Sequence record: KJ190158
Direction: 5' to 3' (one strand)
Source: Escherichia phage FFH2
DNA length: 64,000 nucleotides
The notes beneath the pieces were generated by a model that was not told where the DNA came from, searched no databases, and saw only the letters and a list, made by a program, of their open reading frames with translations. Both the position numbers and the translations under genes were made by a program. Within the stretch, counting starts at the first letter, position 1, and every line of letters begins with the position of its first letter. This document shows positions 20,064-28,828 of the stretch, one piece after another.

Positions 20064-20519
20064 ATGTTTGTTAAATATGTAAAAACGTGCCTCAACAGTC
20101 TTGGCAGAGAGCATTGGTACACCTTACTTGAAAAAGGAGAAATTTTAACAAAATCTGGAAAGATAACTTTGATACCCTTGGACGATAAAGACCCGTCACT
20201 CCTTGTCATAGATGATTACGTTACAGGTGTGTCGTACGAGGTCTCTGTGGAGAGGTTAATACGCAGAGCTGGCGGCCCTTGTGATCAAAGAGAGTATGTT
20301 TTCGATTCCGTTACAGAGAGGGATCATCCGTCTTTAATGTTCAGGATGGTAATCAGGGATATGAGGTCATCTATAGATAGGATCGTAAAGGACATTAAGG
20401 AACCTTTTAGGGTAAAAGTTAAGAAGTTTTTTGATTCTAAGATTAACATACTTGCTGTTGTGCTAGGCGTAATTCAACTTCTGTTAATTTTGCACTATTT
20501 TGAACTGTTGTTTAAGTAG
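20064..20519 (+). CDS. hypothetical protein with C-terminal TM helix
   Basis: ATG after gagggg; hydrophobic C-terminus. Confidence 0.45.
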   Translation: MFVKYVKTCLNSLGREHWYTLLEKGEILTKSGKITLIPLDDKDPSLLVIDDYVTGVSYEVSVERLIRRAGGPCDQREYVFDSVTERDHPSLMFRMVIRDMRSSIDRIVKDIKEPFRVKVKKFFDSKINILAVVLGVIQLLLILHYFELLFK

Positions 20520-20579
20520 TGTGCAACAAGGCACAAAGGATGTGCCATAATTAAACAAATTAAGAAAGAGGTAGAGAGA

Positions 20580-20927
20580 ATGTCAAAGATTAAATCGATA
20601 TTAATGTGGGTAGCTGTTGTGGCTTTTGTAGGATACTGGACTTGGGAAACTGAATTAAAAGATATCGGATATACCAGTCTTGAGAGCAAGGCATGCATTG
20701 GCATAACCGATGCATTCAGGCAAAATGCTATGGATCACGAATGTGTCGATGCAGATATAGATGAGAAACTGTCTAAGGACAAGGATTTTTACCATGGTCA
20801 TGCCTTGCTTGATAGTGGTGACACTGTAGAATTCTGGTCGTGGTTCCGTGAAGATGGAACAATAAAGACAGCAGTAAAGATTTCCAACAAAGAGTTAATG
20901 CTGTTGCAGCAGAAGGAGGTGCAATGA
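20580..20927 (+). CDS. hypothetical protein with N-terminal TM/signal anchor
   Basis: RBS agaggtagag; N-terminal ILMWVAVVAFVGYW. Confidence 0.5.
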   Translation: MSKIKSILMWVAVVAFVGYWTWETELKDIGYTSLESKACIGITDAFRQNAMDHECVDADIDEKLSKDKDFYHGHALLDSGDTVEFWSWFREDGTIKTAVKISNKELMLLQQKEVQ

Positions 20928-21211
20928 TTTGGATATCCTACACTGATGGCACCATGCTGTATACTGCAGGTACTAGGTATGAAGTTCAGGAGGACGATAA
21001 AAAATTTATCGTAAAAACATTTGACAAGGACGACAACCTTTTGTTAGAATTGACTTACAAGGTTGGGGAGGTATCTAGCATCCAATTGGATTGCGGTCAT
21101 AAAGATAACCCGCTCAAGAAACCTGGGGTAGGTAAAGCTTCAGAAGAACGCCTGTCTCGTATTGCAGAAAGCGTTTCTGCACAAAAATCTAAGAAGAGGA
21201 TTAGAAAATGA
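20924..21211 (+). CDS. hypothetical protein
   Basis: ORF, coupled start. Confidence 0.45.
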   Translation: MIWISYTDGTMLYTAGTRYEVQEDDKKFIVKTFDKDDNLLLELTYKVGEVSSIQLDCGHKDNPLKKPGVGKASEERLSRIAESVSAQKSKKRIRK

Positions 21212-21408
21212 GTGACAAAATTCTTAAATTTAATACCTACTATGAGAATGATTTGAACGATCTGTATTATATAGTGCGTAGCGAAAACCCAAATGTAGTA
21301 CTGTTTTGCCGAGAACCTTTCAAAAAAGAGGAGATTGAATCTACCATGGATGTGGATCAGATTTCACACCTGCTGCTCCTTGGATCATTAAAAGAGGCAG
21401 TATTCTAA
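21208..21408 (+). CDS. hypothetical protein
   Basis: ORF, coupled start. Confidence 0.45.
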   Translation: MSDKILKFNTYYENDLNDLYYIVRSENPNVVLFCREPFKKEEIESTMDVDQISHLLLLGSLKEAVF

Positions 21409-21427
21409 ACCAGGATGGAGGGTTTTT

Positions 21428-21613
21428 ATGAAGCACTATTGTCTGTCTGGTAGAATGGGTGCAGATTGTGATTGGGTTTTCTTAAAACTTGTCAGCATTC
21501 GAGAGTCCATTTCAGAGGAAGAGCAAGAAAGTGAGCTAATGTCCTGGATCAACCATTACGGTAACACTTTTCGGCATGTTAAGGTAGAAGAGTTGCCAAG
21601 TGAGGCTGATTGA
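21428..21613 (+). CDS. hypothetical protein
   Basis: ORF only. Confidence 0.4.
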   Translation: MKHYCLSGRMGADCDWVFLKLVSIRESISEEEQESELMSWINHYGNTFRHVKVEELPSEAD

Positions 21614-21615
21614 CT

Positions 21616-21705
21616 ATGATTGCATCAATATTAACGTTTATGGGTGGCGTGGCATTCGGATTCATTGTTTGCCTGTTTATAGTGATTATGTCTATGCGAG
21701 GCTGA
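21616..21705 (+). CDS. Small hydrophobic peptide (29 aa)
   Basis: MIASILTFMGGVAFGFIVCLFIVIMSMRG fills gap between two ORFs. Confidence 0.3.
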   Translation: MIASILTFMGGVAFGFIVCLFIVIMSMRG

Positions 21706-21708
21706 ATT

Positions 21709-22005
21709 ATGAAACTTTTTGAGTGGTTTAAAAAGTTTAAATATAAAGCTGTAGCCATCGTGCCGTGGTCCATTCAGTGGGTTGATGAAGGTGGTCTACC
21801 AATACCTGGTGACAAAGATACTGGGTACTGGATTATGATGGAGAACGGGTTTGGAAAGCGAAAGTATACGTGCACAAACTCTACTCGATCTGCGCTTAAT
21901 AGAGTGCCTGGTTACAAACTTATGGTTGTGTGGAAAATGTCAGGCGTGCCTCCAGCTAATGCTCAATTTCTTACTGACAATCCGACCACGGTAGAGGAAG
22001 ATTGA
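21709..22005 (+). CDS. hypothetical protein
   Basis: ORF only. Confidence 0.45.
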   Translation: MKLFEWFKKFKYKAVAIVPWSIQWVDEGGLPIPGDKDTGYWIMMENGFGKRKYTCTNSTRSALNRVPGYKLMVVWKMSGVPPANAQFLTDNPTTVEED

Positions 22006-22007
22006 TA

Positions 22008-22289
22008 ATGAAAAAGATTAACAGTGGTGAAGTTGAGTTTAAACTTGTCGGGAAAGGCACTTACTGGGAAGTTCGTCAAAAGGTATATTTGTTCGGTCTT
22101 ATTCCCTATTGGTCTAAATTCTACTGGGGAGCTAACGAGTGGGGAAGATACGCCACCAAATCAATGGCACTTATTGGTATAGCAGAGTACATTGCAGCCA
22201 GAGATAGGGTTGGAGACACTTATTACTATACTGCGGACGATATTCGTAACAGTGTTTACGTCCCACAACCACCTGATGGAGACCGTTGA
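22008..22289 (+). CDS. hypothetical protein
   Basis: ATG 22008 after gaggaag. Confidence 0.45.
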   Translation: MKKINSGEVEFKLVGKGTYWEVRQKVYLFGLIPYWSKFYWGANEWGRYATKSMALIGIAEYIAARDRVGDTYYYTADDIRNSVYVPQPPDGDR

Positions 22290-22513
22290 TGAAAGTTAAA
22301 GTTTTAGATTCAAGCTTCTATATTGGTCAGGAGCCTTTAGTAGGAAAAGTGTTTACTGCTGTCCCTAACGAAGATTACCCTGACCTTTTAAAAATAAAAG
22401 GAGCAGATCTTATTGCCGCTGGTGCATCTCAGGAATGCTTTGACAGTCAGTGGACCTACAACTTTGCCCTAGGTGAGGATGTAGAGGTAGTGGAGGACGA
22501 TCATGAAGGTTAA
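22289..22513 (+). CDS. Small acidic protein, MKVK-family paralog
   Basis: MKVKVLDSSFYIGQ..IKGADLIAAGA..VEVVEDD. Confidence 0.5.
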   Translation: MKVKVLDSSFYIGQEPLVGKVFTAVPNEDYPDLLKIKGADLIAAGASQECFDSQWTYNFALGEDVEVVEDDHEG

Positions 22514-22757
22514 AATTCTTGATTCTAACGTCTACTTGGGACAATCCTTCCTGAATGGAAAGGTCGTTCCTGCGGTATACTTTGAAGGGTTGCCGTGGGA
22601 TGATCCTGTGCGGCAACATCACAGTTATGTAGGCCACAACGTGGTGTTTATCTTGGGATCAGACCTGATCACCGCTGGTGCACCTGAATATTATTTCGGG
22701 GAAGAGTCCTACTATGCCTTTGGGGTAGGGTCAGATGCAGATATTGTAGAGCTGTGA
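22503..22757 (+). CDS. Small acidic protein, MKVK-family paralog
   Basis: MKVKILDSNVYLGQ..LGSDLITAGA..DIVEL. Confidence 0.5.
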   Translation: MKVKILDSNVYLGQSFLNGKVVPAVYFEGLPWDDPVRQHHSYVGHNVVFILGSDLITAGAPEYYFGEESYYAFGVGSDADIVEL

Positions 22758-22769
22758 TGGGTAACCGTT

Positions 22770-23168
22770 GTGAAAAATAAACTGTTTAAAGTTACAATGA
22801 AAATTCGCGGGGCTTGGAGCGTAAAGCAAGGGCGTATTCCAGAATTTGAGAAAGACTTCTACGTAGTCTCCACCTCGGAGGAGGCTGCATGCTGGCAGGC
22901 TGGCTATGCCTATGCAAGAACCTGGTACGAAGGGTACCAGACTGGGGGCTATGACGGAGAAATTATCAGCAAGGGTGTAGAAGAAATTAATGTGTTGACA
23001 AGTGAAAAAGTTTTTGTTATAGTGCATCCAGATTCCAGAGTGAAGCATTACTGGAATGCCAGAACAAAAACTTGGACACCGTTTGCAGATTCTGCTACGC
23101 CACTTTTAAACCAGAAAGCTCTTGACTCTGCCCCAAGTTATGGGGTTGTTGAAGAAAAGCTAAACTGA
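22770..23168 (+). CDS. hypothetical protein, paralog of 24975-25370
   Basis: Shares VIVHPDSRVKHYWNARTKTWTPF with VMRHPHSNIAYYWDVLNNEWTPDL. Confidence 0.5.
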   Translation: MKNKLFKVTMKIRGAWSVKQGRIPEFEKDFYVVSTSEEAACWQAGYAYARTWYEGYQTGGYDGEIISKGVEEINVLTSEKVFVIVHPDSRVKHYWNARTKTWTPFADSATPLLNQKALDSAPSYGVVEEKLN

Positions 23169-23185
23169 AACAGTGAGGTGTCACC

Positions 23186-23476
23186 ATGATGGATTTAATT
23201 CTAAATATTGATAACGCAGGAGAGTTTAAAGACGATGGTGTAACAAGCATGGACAAACCCTGCTCTGCTAAGGTTGACTCAAAATGGACCTACAAGTTTG
23301 ACGGAGAGATCTTCGCAAATGATGAGAAGGTTGTAGATGCTGCAGCCATTTTAAACGCTCTAGGGTACGACCCTGTGAATTCTTTGATCAAGGATCCTGT
23401 TGAGTTTGCAGAGTATGTTCGAAAAATGGCAGATCTTGCTGTGGATATTTTAAAAACTATCGACAACAAGCTGTAA
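23186..23476 (+). CDS. hypothetical acidic protein
   Basis: ORF only. Confidence 0.45.
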   Translation: MMDLILNIDNAGEFKDDGVTSMDKPCSAKVDSKWTYKFDGEIFANDEKVVDAAAILNALGYDPVNSLIKDPVEFAEYVRKMADLAVDILKTIDNKL

Positions 23477-23482
23477 AAACTG

Positions 23483-23511
23483 TTGACACAACGCTTCAGA
23501 TTTAGTATCAT
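23483..23511 (+). promoter_or_regulatory. sigma70-type promoter TTGACA-N17-TATCAT
   Basis: Consensus -35; followed by hairpin 23521-23544 and hpf ATG 23559. Confidence 0.5.
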
Positions 23512-23558
23512 TGTTTTCAAAGAGGGTTTGGTTCCCTCTTCTTTAAAAGGAACACGTT

Positions 23559-23876
23559 ATGCAAATTGAAATCACTGGCAACGTAGAAATCACTGAAGGT
23601 ATGGTGTCTTTCATTTCCCACAAAATGTCTAAGCTGGAGCGTTTGCACCCCTCTGCCAACTATGCACGTGTGAGTGTAAAAGTTGAAAATGATCACCAGG
23701 AAGTTATGGCGCTCATTTTTGACAATTCTGGAAAAGAAGTTATTGCCAGGGCTAAAGGTAGTGATGCTTACGAGGCAACTGACCGTATGGTAGATGTTGC
23801 AGCACGTCAGCTGGCTAAATGCGGTGGAAAGAAAGGTAAGGGGAAAGGCAAAGTAAAGATTGACTTTGGAGAATGA
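23559..23876 (+). CDS. hpf: Ribosome hibernation promoting factor / RaiA (YfiA) family homolog
   Basis: MQIEITGNVEITEGM..KLERL..VSVKVEN..GKEVIARAKGSDAYEATDRMVDVAARQLAK aligns along full length with E. coli HPF/RaiA. Confidence 0.8.
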   Translation: MQIEITGNVEITEGMVSFISHKMSKLERLHPSANYARVSVKVENDHQEVMALIFDNSGKEVIARAKGSDAYEATDRMVDVAARQLAKCGGKKGKGKGKVKIDFGE

Positions 23877-24013
23877 GGTGCTACAATGGGCGTGATTAAG
23901 AAACTAGTCCCAAATGTAGAGATTGCATGCTTTGAAATTATGTTTGCAATCGCAGTTGTAGTTAATGTGTTAGGTTACGGCTATTAATATCAAATAATTG
24001 AGGAGACCTCTAA

Positions 24014-24283
24014 ATGAAAATTAAATTATTCAAAACTGAGCTGGCAGACAAAAACTGTGGACTGGTTGAAGGCATGATTGTCGAAGCACGACCAGTTGAC
24101 TATATGAAGGTGGTTCGTGATGCCCTGGGTGAAGGTTTTGATCTGATGGAGCCAGCTCTGCGAGAAGATGTTATCGAGATGGCTAAAAAGCACACACCTG
24201 AAGGAATGGTGGTGTTTGTTGCACCAGGTAACGGAGAAGAGTTGATTGTAACTCCGGATGTGTATGAGATTGTAGAGGAATAA
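24014..24283 (+). CDS. Small acidic protein, MKVK-family paralog
   Basis: MKIKLFKTEL..YEIVEE. Confidence 0.5.
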   Translation: MKIKLFKTELADKNCGLVEGMIVEARPVDYMKVVRDALGEGFDLMEPALREDVIEMAKKHTPEGMVVFVAPGNGEELIVTPDVYEIVEE

Positions 24284-24374
24284 TCCTGCTTGGATTAGCA
24301 TACTTCCTCGACAAGGAAGGTTTGTAATTATTTGTGGGAAAGGAATCCCAATCTCTTACCATAGGTGATACTAT

Positions 24375-24638
24375 ATGATTGTTTATTTTAAAACTTCAGG
24401 TGGATACCCTGATTCTCAAAGCTTGATCGGAAAAACGTGCACAGCATACTCACCTCTTGATGAGGAGGTAGGCGATATTCTACGAAATATGTATCGGATT
24501 GATCCCCAAGAAGCCTTTGATCAAAACCTTGTATTTGTCAAGGGCTCAGACATGAAGTCTTTGGGAGCATTCCCTGAAGCAGATGATGATGCCGTTTATT
24601 CGTTCATGACCCCTTTTGAAGCTATGGTTGTCGGGTGA
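24375..24638 (+). CDS. Small acidic protein, MKVK-family related
   Basis: IGKTCTAY..VKGSDMKSLGA core. Confidence 0.45.
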   Translation: MIVYFKTSGGYPDSQSLIGKTCTAYSPLDEEVGDILRNMYRIDPQEAFDQNLVFVKGSDMKSLGAFPEADDDAVYSFMTPFEAMVVG

Positions 24639-24642
24639 TAAT

Positions 24643-24975
24643 ATGAAAGTACGCTTTATTGGTGAAACAATTCCTGTGCATCTCCGGTCGCCTGAAGATT
24701 CTGCAGATCTTGCATCTCAGAAGGCGAGAGGTTATGATAAGAAAGTAATCTCAACCGATGTAGAACTTGAGGCTACTAGTCTACCTGACCCTGCTGCATT
24801 CTTTAATCATTATGGATACTATTTCAGCAATCTGATGAATATCGGTGAGCTTGTGTTTATTAGTGGTGGAGAAATTGTTAGCAAGCTTGGCGGCGATCCG
24901 GATGTCTTTCATGAAACCTGTCCTTTTGCATTTGTGGTAGGTTCAGATGTGGAAGTTATTGAGGAGGTGCGGTAA
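24643..24975 (+). CDS. Small acidic protein, MKVK-family related
   Basis: ATG 24643; C-terminal GSDVEVIEEV. Confidence 0.45.
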   Translation: MKVRFIGETIPVHLRSPEDSADLASQKARGYDKKVISTDVELEATSLPDPAAFFNHYGYYFSNLMNIGELVFISGGEIVSKLGGDPDVFHETCPFAFVVGSDVEVIEEVR

Positions 24976-25370
24976 TGGTAAGCCTATACCGTGTTGAGTA
25001 TAGCTCAGATACTGTGTACAACGTAAGAAGCAAAGATCGCAGCGACAGAGTGCAAGAAATGTATGTTCTTGCCGACAGTCCGTTATCTGCAGCGTTCAAG
25101 GCAGGGGCTCTTGCATCTCGTTGGAAATTTGAAGGCGGATCTTTCTATGAAGAAACCCTTGAAGATTCTGTTGTTATTTCTTCTGTAGAGGTTTCAGATG
25201 ACTACGAAGGGAAAAAGTTCGTAATGCGGCACCCACACAGCAACATTGCGTACTACTGGGATGTTCTGAACAACGAGTGGACCCCAGATCTTCAGAAGGC
25301 TACTGTGCTAACACCGTTTTTGGCAGATAAGTTCCCACCAGAAGGTAATTTATCCGCACTGTTTCAGTAA
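24975..25370 (+). CDS. hypothetical protein, paralog of 22770-23168
   Basis: Shared HPxS..YW..WTP block. Confidence 0.5.
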   Translation: MVSLYRVEYSSDTVYNVRSKDRSDRVQEMYVLADSPLSAAFKAGALASRWKFEGGSFYEETLEDSVVISSVEVSDDYEGKKFVMRHPHSNIAYYWDVLNNEWTPDLQKATVLTPFLADKFPPEGNLSALFQ

Positions 25371-25388
25371 TTTTCTTGCACACAGGTG

Positions 25389-25417
25389 TTGACAACACCA
25401 ACCCTGTGTGAAATAAT
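25389..25417 (+). promoter_or_regulatory. sigma70-type promoter TTGACA-N17-AATAAT
   Basis: Consensus -35 with A/T-rich -10. Confidence 0.45.
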
Positions 25418-25449
25418 ACCTTCATCTTAACAAGACGGGAGACTGATTG

Positions 25450-25707
25450 ATGAAGATTAAACTGAAAAACCTTGAAATGGCAGAGATTCAGGATGGTGTT
25501 GATTTCCGCTCTAAAGATGGTGACATCTTAGAGGTAAATCTTCCAACCTACGAGCTGATTAAAGGTTTTGGCAACGTTCAGGAAGAGGATATTCCAGAAA
25601 TTCTTATGATGTTGATTCTTGACGGAACTGTGTTTGTAGGTGAAGGTGAGAACGCTATTGCAATCCCAGGCCATTTTTATGAAGTAGTTGACGAAGAGGT
25701 GCTGTAA
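25450..25707 (+). CDS. Small acidic protein, MKVK-family paralog
   Basis: MKIKLKNLE..FYEVVDEEVL; ATG after gggag. Confidence 0.5.
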   Translation: MKIKLKNLEMAEIQDGVDFRSKDGDILEVNLPTYELIKGFGNVQEEDIPEILMMLILDGTVFVGEGENAIAIPGHFYEVVDEEVL

Positions 25708-26058
25708 ATGAAAGTAGAAATTACCGGTTTTGATGTGAATGTGGTTCCGGAAGATATTTTAGCTAAACTTCCAGAAGGTTTTGGTAACGGCGTTGTGGTG
25801 GATGCTGTTCCTCCTACCAAAGACATTCTGCTGCAGTATGGTGTAGCAGAGGAAGATGTCGATAAAGTTCTTACAATGATGGCAATCGATCGTGTTGTCG
25901 TTGTTAAAGGTCTCGATAATTTTGAGAGTGATCCACTGATTATTCGTGGAGATGACTACAAAATCATCGATAATGAAGGCCAAGAGTTCTATGAGCCTTG
26001 TGCAGAAGATATTCTTAACTTATTACTGGAAGCAGGCACCGAAGAGGAGGACGAATAA
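25708..26058 (+). CDS. Small acidic protein, MKVK-family paralog
   Basis: MKVEITGFDV..; strongly acidic tail. Confidence 0.5.
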   Translation: MKVEITGFDVNVVPEDILAKLPEGFGNGVVVDAVPPTKDILLQYGVAEEDVDKVLTMMAIDRVVVVKGLDNFESDPLIIRGDDYKIIDNEGQEFYEPCAEDILNLLLEAGTEEEDE

Positions 26059-26387
26059 TGAAGATTGACCCGTTACTGAAGGCTCGTGCAGAAAAAGCGT
26101 ACACCATTAAGTTGACCAACTTGGTTCCTACTTGTCATCCGGATGTAGGTTGGCCCGAAGGTTTGGTGGAGGGAACTGTAACAGCTGCATACCTTCCTAA
26201 CATCAAATACCTCATGGAAATCTTGGAGCTGGATGAGGAAACGGCAGAAGAGTTCCAGTTGGACATGAAACAAAGTGGGACTCTGGTTATTCACGGGTGG
26301 TATAATACTAAAGATGCAGAAGACCCTCTGGTAACTTCTAATCTGGCATATGAAATCTTAGGGCCTTTGAACCTGGAGGAAGACTAA
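26058..26387 (+). CDS. Small acidic protein
   Basis: Coupled ORF in array. Confidence 0.5.
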   Translation: MKIDPLLKARAEKAYTIKLTNLVPTCHPDVGWPEGLVEGTVTAAYLPNIKYLMEILELDEETAEEFQLDMKQSGTLVIHGWYNTKDAEDPLVTSNLAYEILGPLNLEED

Positions 26388-26674
26388 TGAAAGATCTGGT
26401 TAAGATTAAGATTAAAGATACCAATGGAGAACTCAGTCATTTTGGAATTAATGATGGTGACGAGCTGATCGCACACCTGCCTACCAAGGAGGTTGTAAGC
26501 AAAGCAGTTGCCGGAGAAGAAGCTGCAATGCAGGCTGCAGGTGTGGATGAAAACTATGTAGCTATGTGCATGTGCCGAGATCAGGTTGTTCTGTATAAAG
26601 CGTATCGACCAAACGGAGCCACGGAGTGGCTTGTATTCCGACCCGAAGGATATGAAATCTTAGAGGCACTATGA
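26387..26674 (+). CDS. Small acidic protein
   Basis: Coupled ORF in array, C-terminal YEILEAL. Confidence 0.5.
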   Translation: MKDLVKIKIKDTNGELSHFGINDGDELIAHLPTKEVVSKAVAGEEAAMQAAGVDENYVAMCMCRDQVVLYKAYRPNGATEWLVFRPEGYEILEAL

Positions 26675-26763
26675 TAAATCTTGCCAAGGTTGCAACGGCA
26701 CTGTTAATTATTTGCTGGTCAGTAACCTTAACACTGTGTCTTGTATTTCAGTGAGGTGCTTGT

Positions 26764-27027
26764 ATGAACATCCTGATGTGGGTTATAGCAGTGGCGTTTG
26801 TTGCATGTTTTTGCTGCTGGGTTGCGGTGAGGATTTCTGTAGCTACCCTTCGGAAGTTGGGGTTCTCAGAATGGGATATTAATATCCTTTCTTTTCGCAA
26901 TGAAACAATCTCAGCCGCCCTGCTTTGTAAGAAATTTAAGTGGGAACCTTGTGAGGTCATGAGCTATCTAAGAACAGGCGATATCCCTGAAAGATTTAAA
27001 AAAGTTCTTGACGGCAAGGATAAATGA
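26764..27027 (+). CDS. Small membrane protein
   Basis: N-terminal ILMWVIAVAFVACFCCWVAV TM segment. Confidence 0.45.
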   Translation: MNILMWVIAVAFVACFCCWVAVRISVATLRKLGFSEWDINILSFRNETISAALLCKKFKWEPCEVMSYLRTGDIPERFKKVLDGKDK

Positions 27028-27182
27028 CAGTATAGTGACTAACAAGAGGTGAGGGGTGACTGATTTTACTGAAGCTTTAATGATGGCCTTGTCTGTTTTA
27101 GCGCTATCGGTGTGTTTTGGGGCGTTATTCACATCTCTGGTTAAAGTTTTACATACAGTATTATTACCCAAGGAGCGCAGTA

Positions 27183-27434
27183 ATGACGAAGATTGACTTG
27201 AATGCTGGTGATCATGTTGTTGTCAAATGCATTGGAGATTATCTTGGATTCACAATCGGCAATACTTACGAGGCGGTAGTGGCGAAGGTTTATCATGATA
27301 AAGTCCTCAGTCTTGTATTTGACTGTGATGATGACGGAGATGACCGTTACGTCTGTGAGGTGCTGGCTCGTGACGATAGTGAAGACCAGAAATTCCTGGT
27401 TATTGAACTGAACGGTATTTTTGTAGAACGTTAA
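27183..27434 (+). CDS. hypothetical acidic protein
   Basis: ATG 27183 after aaggag. Confidence 0.45.
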   Translation: MTKIDLNAGDHVVVKCIGDYLGFTIGNTYEAVVAKVYHDKVLSLVFDCDDDGDDRYVCEVLARDDSEDQKFLVIELNGIFVER

Positions 27435-27462
27435 TTTAAAACAACATAAGGAGACTCTTACT

Positions 27463-27768
27463 ATGGCTAAATCTAAAGTTGAACTGTTCACCTCTCTTCC
27501 TTCTGACACTGCAGAGCGTGATCGCCTTCGCAAAACAATCGAAGAACTGGTGGAACTCCAACTTCAGATTAAAGATCTGAAAGATGCCATTAAGGATATC
27601 ATTCTCGTTGAGAAGCAGGATCACCTGTATTCTCCTAAATTCATCAAATCTCTGGTTGCTACCGAGTTTGATATTCGCTATGAGGCTGAAAAACGTCGAG
27701 CTAAAATCGAAGAAGAGGTTGAGCACATGTCCGAGGCAGACATTCTGTTCAAACGCTCTGTAGAATAA
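27463..27768 (+). CDS. hypothetical coiled-coil protein
   Basis: ATG with aaggaga RBS; followed by strong terminator. Confidence 0.5.
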   Translation: MAKSKVELFTSLPSDTAERDRLRKTIEELVELQLQIKDLKDAIKDIILVEKQDHLYSPKFIKSLVATEFDIRYEAEKRRAKIEEEVEHMSEADILFKRSVE

Positions 27769-27774
27769 TGACAA

Positions 27775-27800
27775 AGAGGGGGGCTTGGGCCCCTCTTTTT
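27775..27800 (+). terminator. Intrinsic terminator gagggg..cccctc plus ttttt
   Basis: GC-rich stem-loop and T-run. Confidence 0.6.
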
Positions 27801-27823
27801 ACTATCTATGGAGGAGATTTAAG

Positions 27824-28156
27824 ATGGGTATACCGATCACTGTAAAAGAATTGAATGAACGTGATGCAGGTGGTCTATGGCCTGCACGAAAAATACGCTG
27901 CATCCGTATGAAAGAGAACCTTGAGCATCTTGAGCAACAGAAACGGATTGAGGTTGGCGATATTTTCGAAGTATTTTATTCTGATCGCCGTAACTGGGAA
28001 ACCATTCAACCTTCCGGTTTTGTTCTTGCTAAGCTTGACACTGGAGAAGTGATTGTTCCTGGGTTGGATATTGTCTTCGAAATTATACAGGAGTGGGATC
28101 CGGACAAGATTAGATACGAAGAGCTATTCGGTGAAGGTATTATCAAACCTGTGTGA
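27824..28156 (+). CDS. hypothetical protein
   Basis: ATG 27824 after ggaggag. Confidence 0.5.
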   Translation: MGIPITVKELNERDAGGLWPARKIRCIRMKENLEHLEQQKRIEVGDIFEVFYSDRRNWETIQPSGFVLAKLDTGEVIVPGLDIVFEIIQEWDPDKIRYEELFGEGIIKPV

Positions 28157-28164
28157 GGTGGATT

Positions 28165-28464
28165 ATGTCTACAAAGGCGGCTAAATACTCCTATATGCCA
28201 TCAACCTCTGCAGAGGTAGACTTTAGTTTCGATGTGTTTCCACTGTTTGAGGTGGTTCTGGCATACCCAACAATACTATCTACTCCTGAATCACTTGTGC
28301 CTGTTAAGTTGCAGAACGCTATGCATTACATGCACTACAACAACAAATGTAGGCACAGATGGTGTCAGGACGAGGAAAAAGATTTGGATAGTTTGAGAGA
28401 TTTTGACAGTCACCTTTTGACACCTTTCAGCTACTCCAACCTTGATAAGCCCTCGTGGGTATAG
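28165..28464 (+). CDS. hypothetical protein
   Basis: ATG 28165 after gaggtgg. Confidence 0.45.
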   Translation: MSTKAAKYSYMPSTSAEVDFSFDVFPLFEVVLAYPTILSTPESLVPVKLQNAMHYMHYNNKCRHRWCQDEEKDLDSLRDFDSHLLTPFSYSNLDKPSWV

Positions 28465-28488
28465 CAAAATATCAAATTTAAGACACCT

Positions 28489-28515
28489 AGGACGCTCTGT
28501 GGCGTCCTTTTCTTT
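28489..28515 (+). terminator. Intrinsic terminator aggacgc-tctgtg-gcgtcct plus T-tract
   Basis: 7-bp stem and T-run after stop at 28464. Confidence 0.55.
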
Positions 28516-28726
28516 ATCTGGTGCACGATTGCATACCTTGGGTAGTTAATCTCATTACAGAGCGTTTAAGAGCTCCCTACAAACAACTCCATATTTCGAG
28601 CGTAGCGAGAACGCACGTCCGTTTTGACCCAAATCACCATACGCTCGGATTTTAACCAAACCCTCGCGGCGTTTCTGTGGACACATTACCGATCCAGTGA
28701 TAGTATCCACACATAGTTTGTAGAAT

Positions 28727-28828
28727 ATGGAGTACACAATGAGAACATTGTCCGAAGTTTTAGTGGTGATCCTGATGATCATTACGTCCATAGCGGCTGT
28801 TGCCGGAATACTCACGGGTGGAACATGA
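28727..28828 (+). CDS. Small hydrophobic peptide (33 aa)
   Basis: MEYTMRTLSEVLVVILMIITSIAAVAGILTGGT; stop overlaps next ATG. Confidence 0.3.
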   Translation: MEYTMRTLSEVLVVILMIITSIAAVAGILTGGT

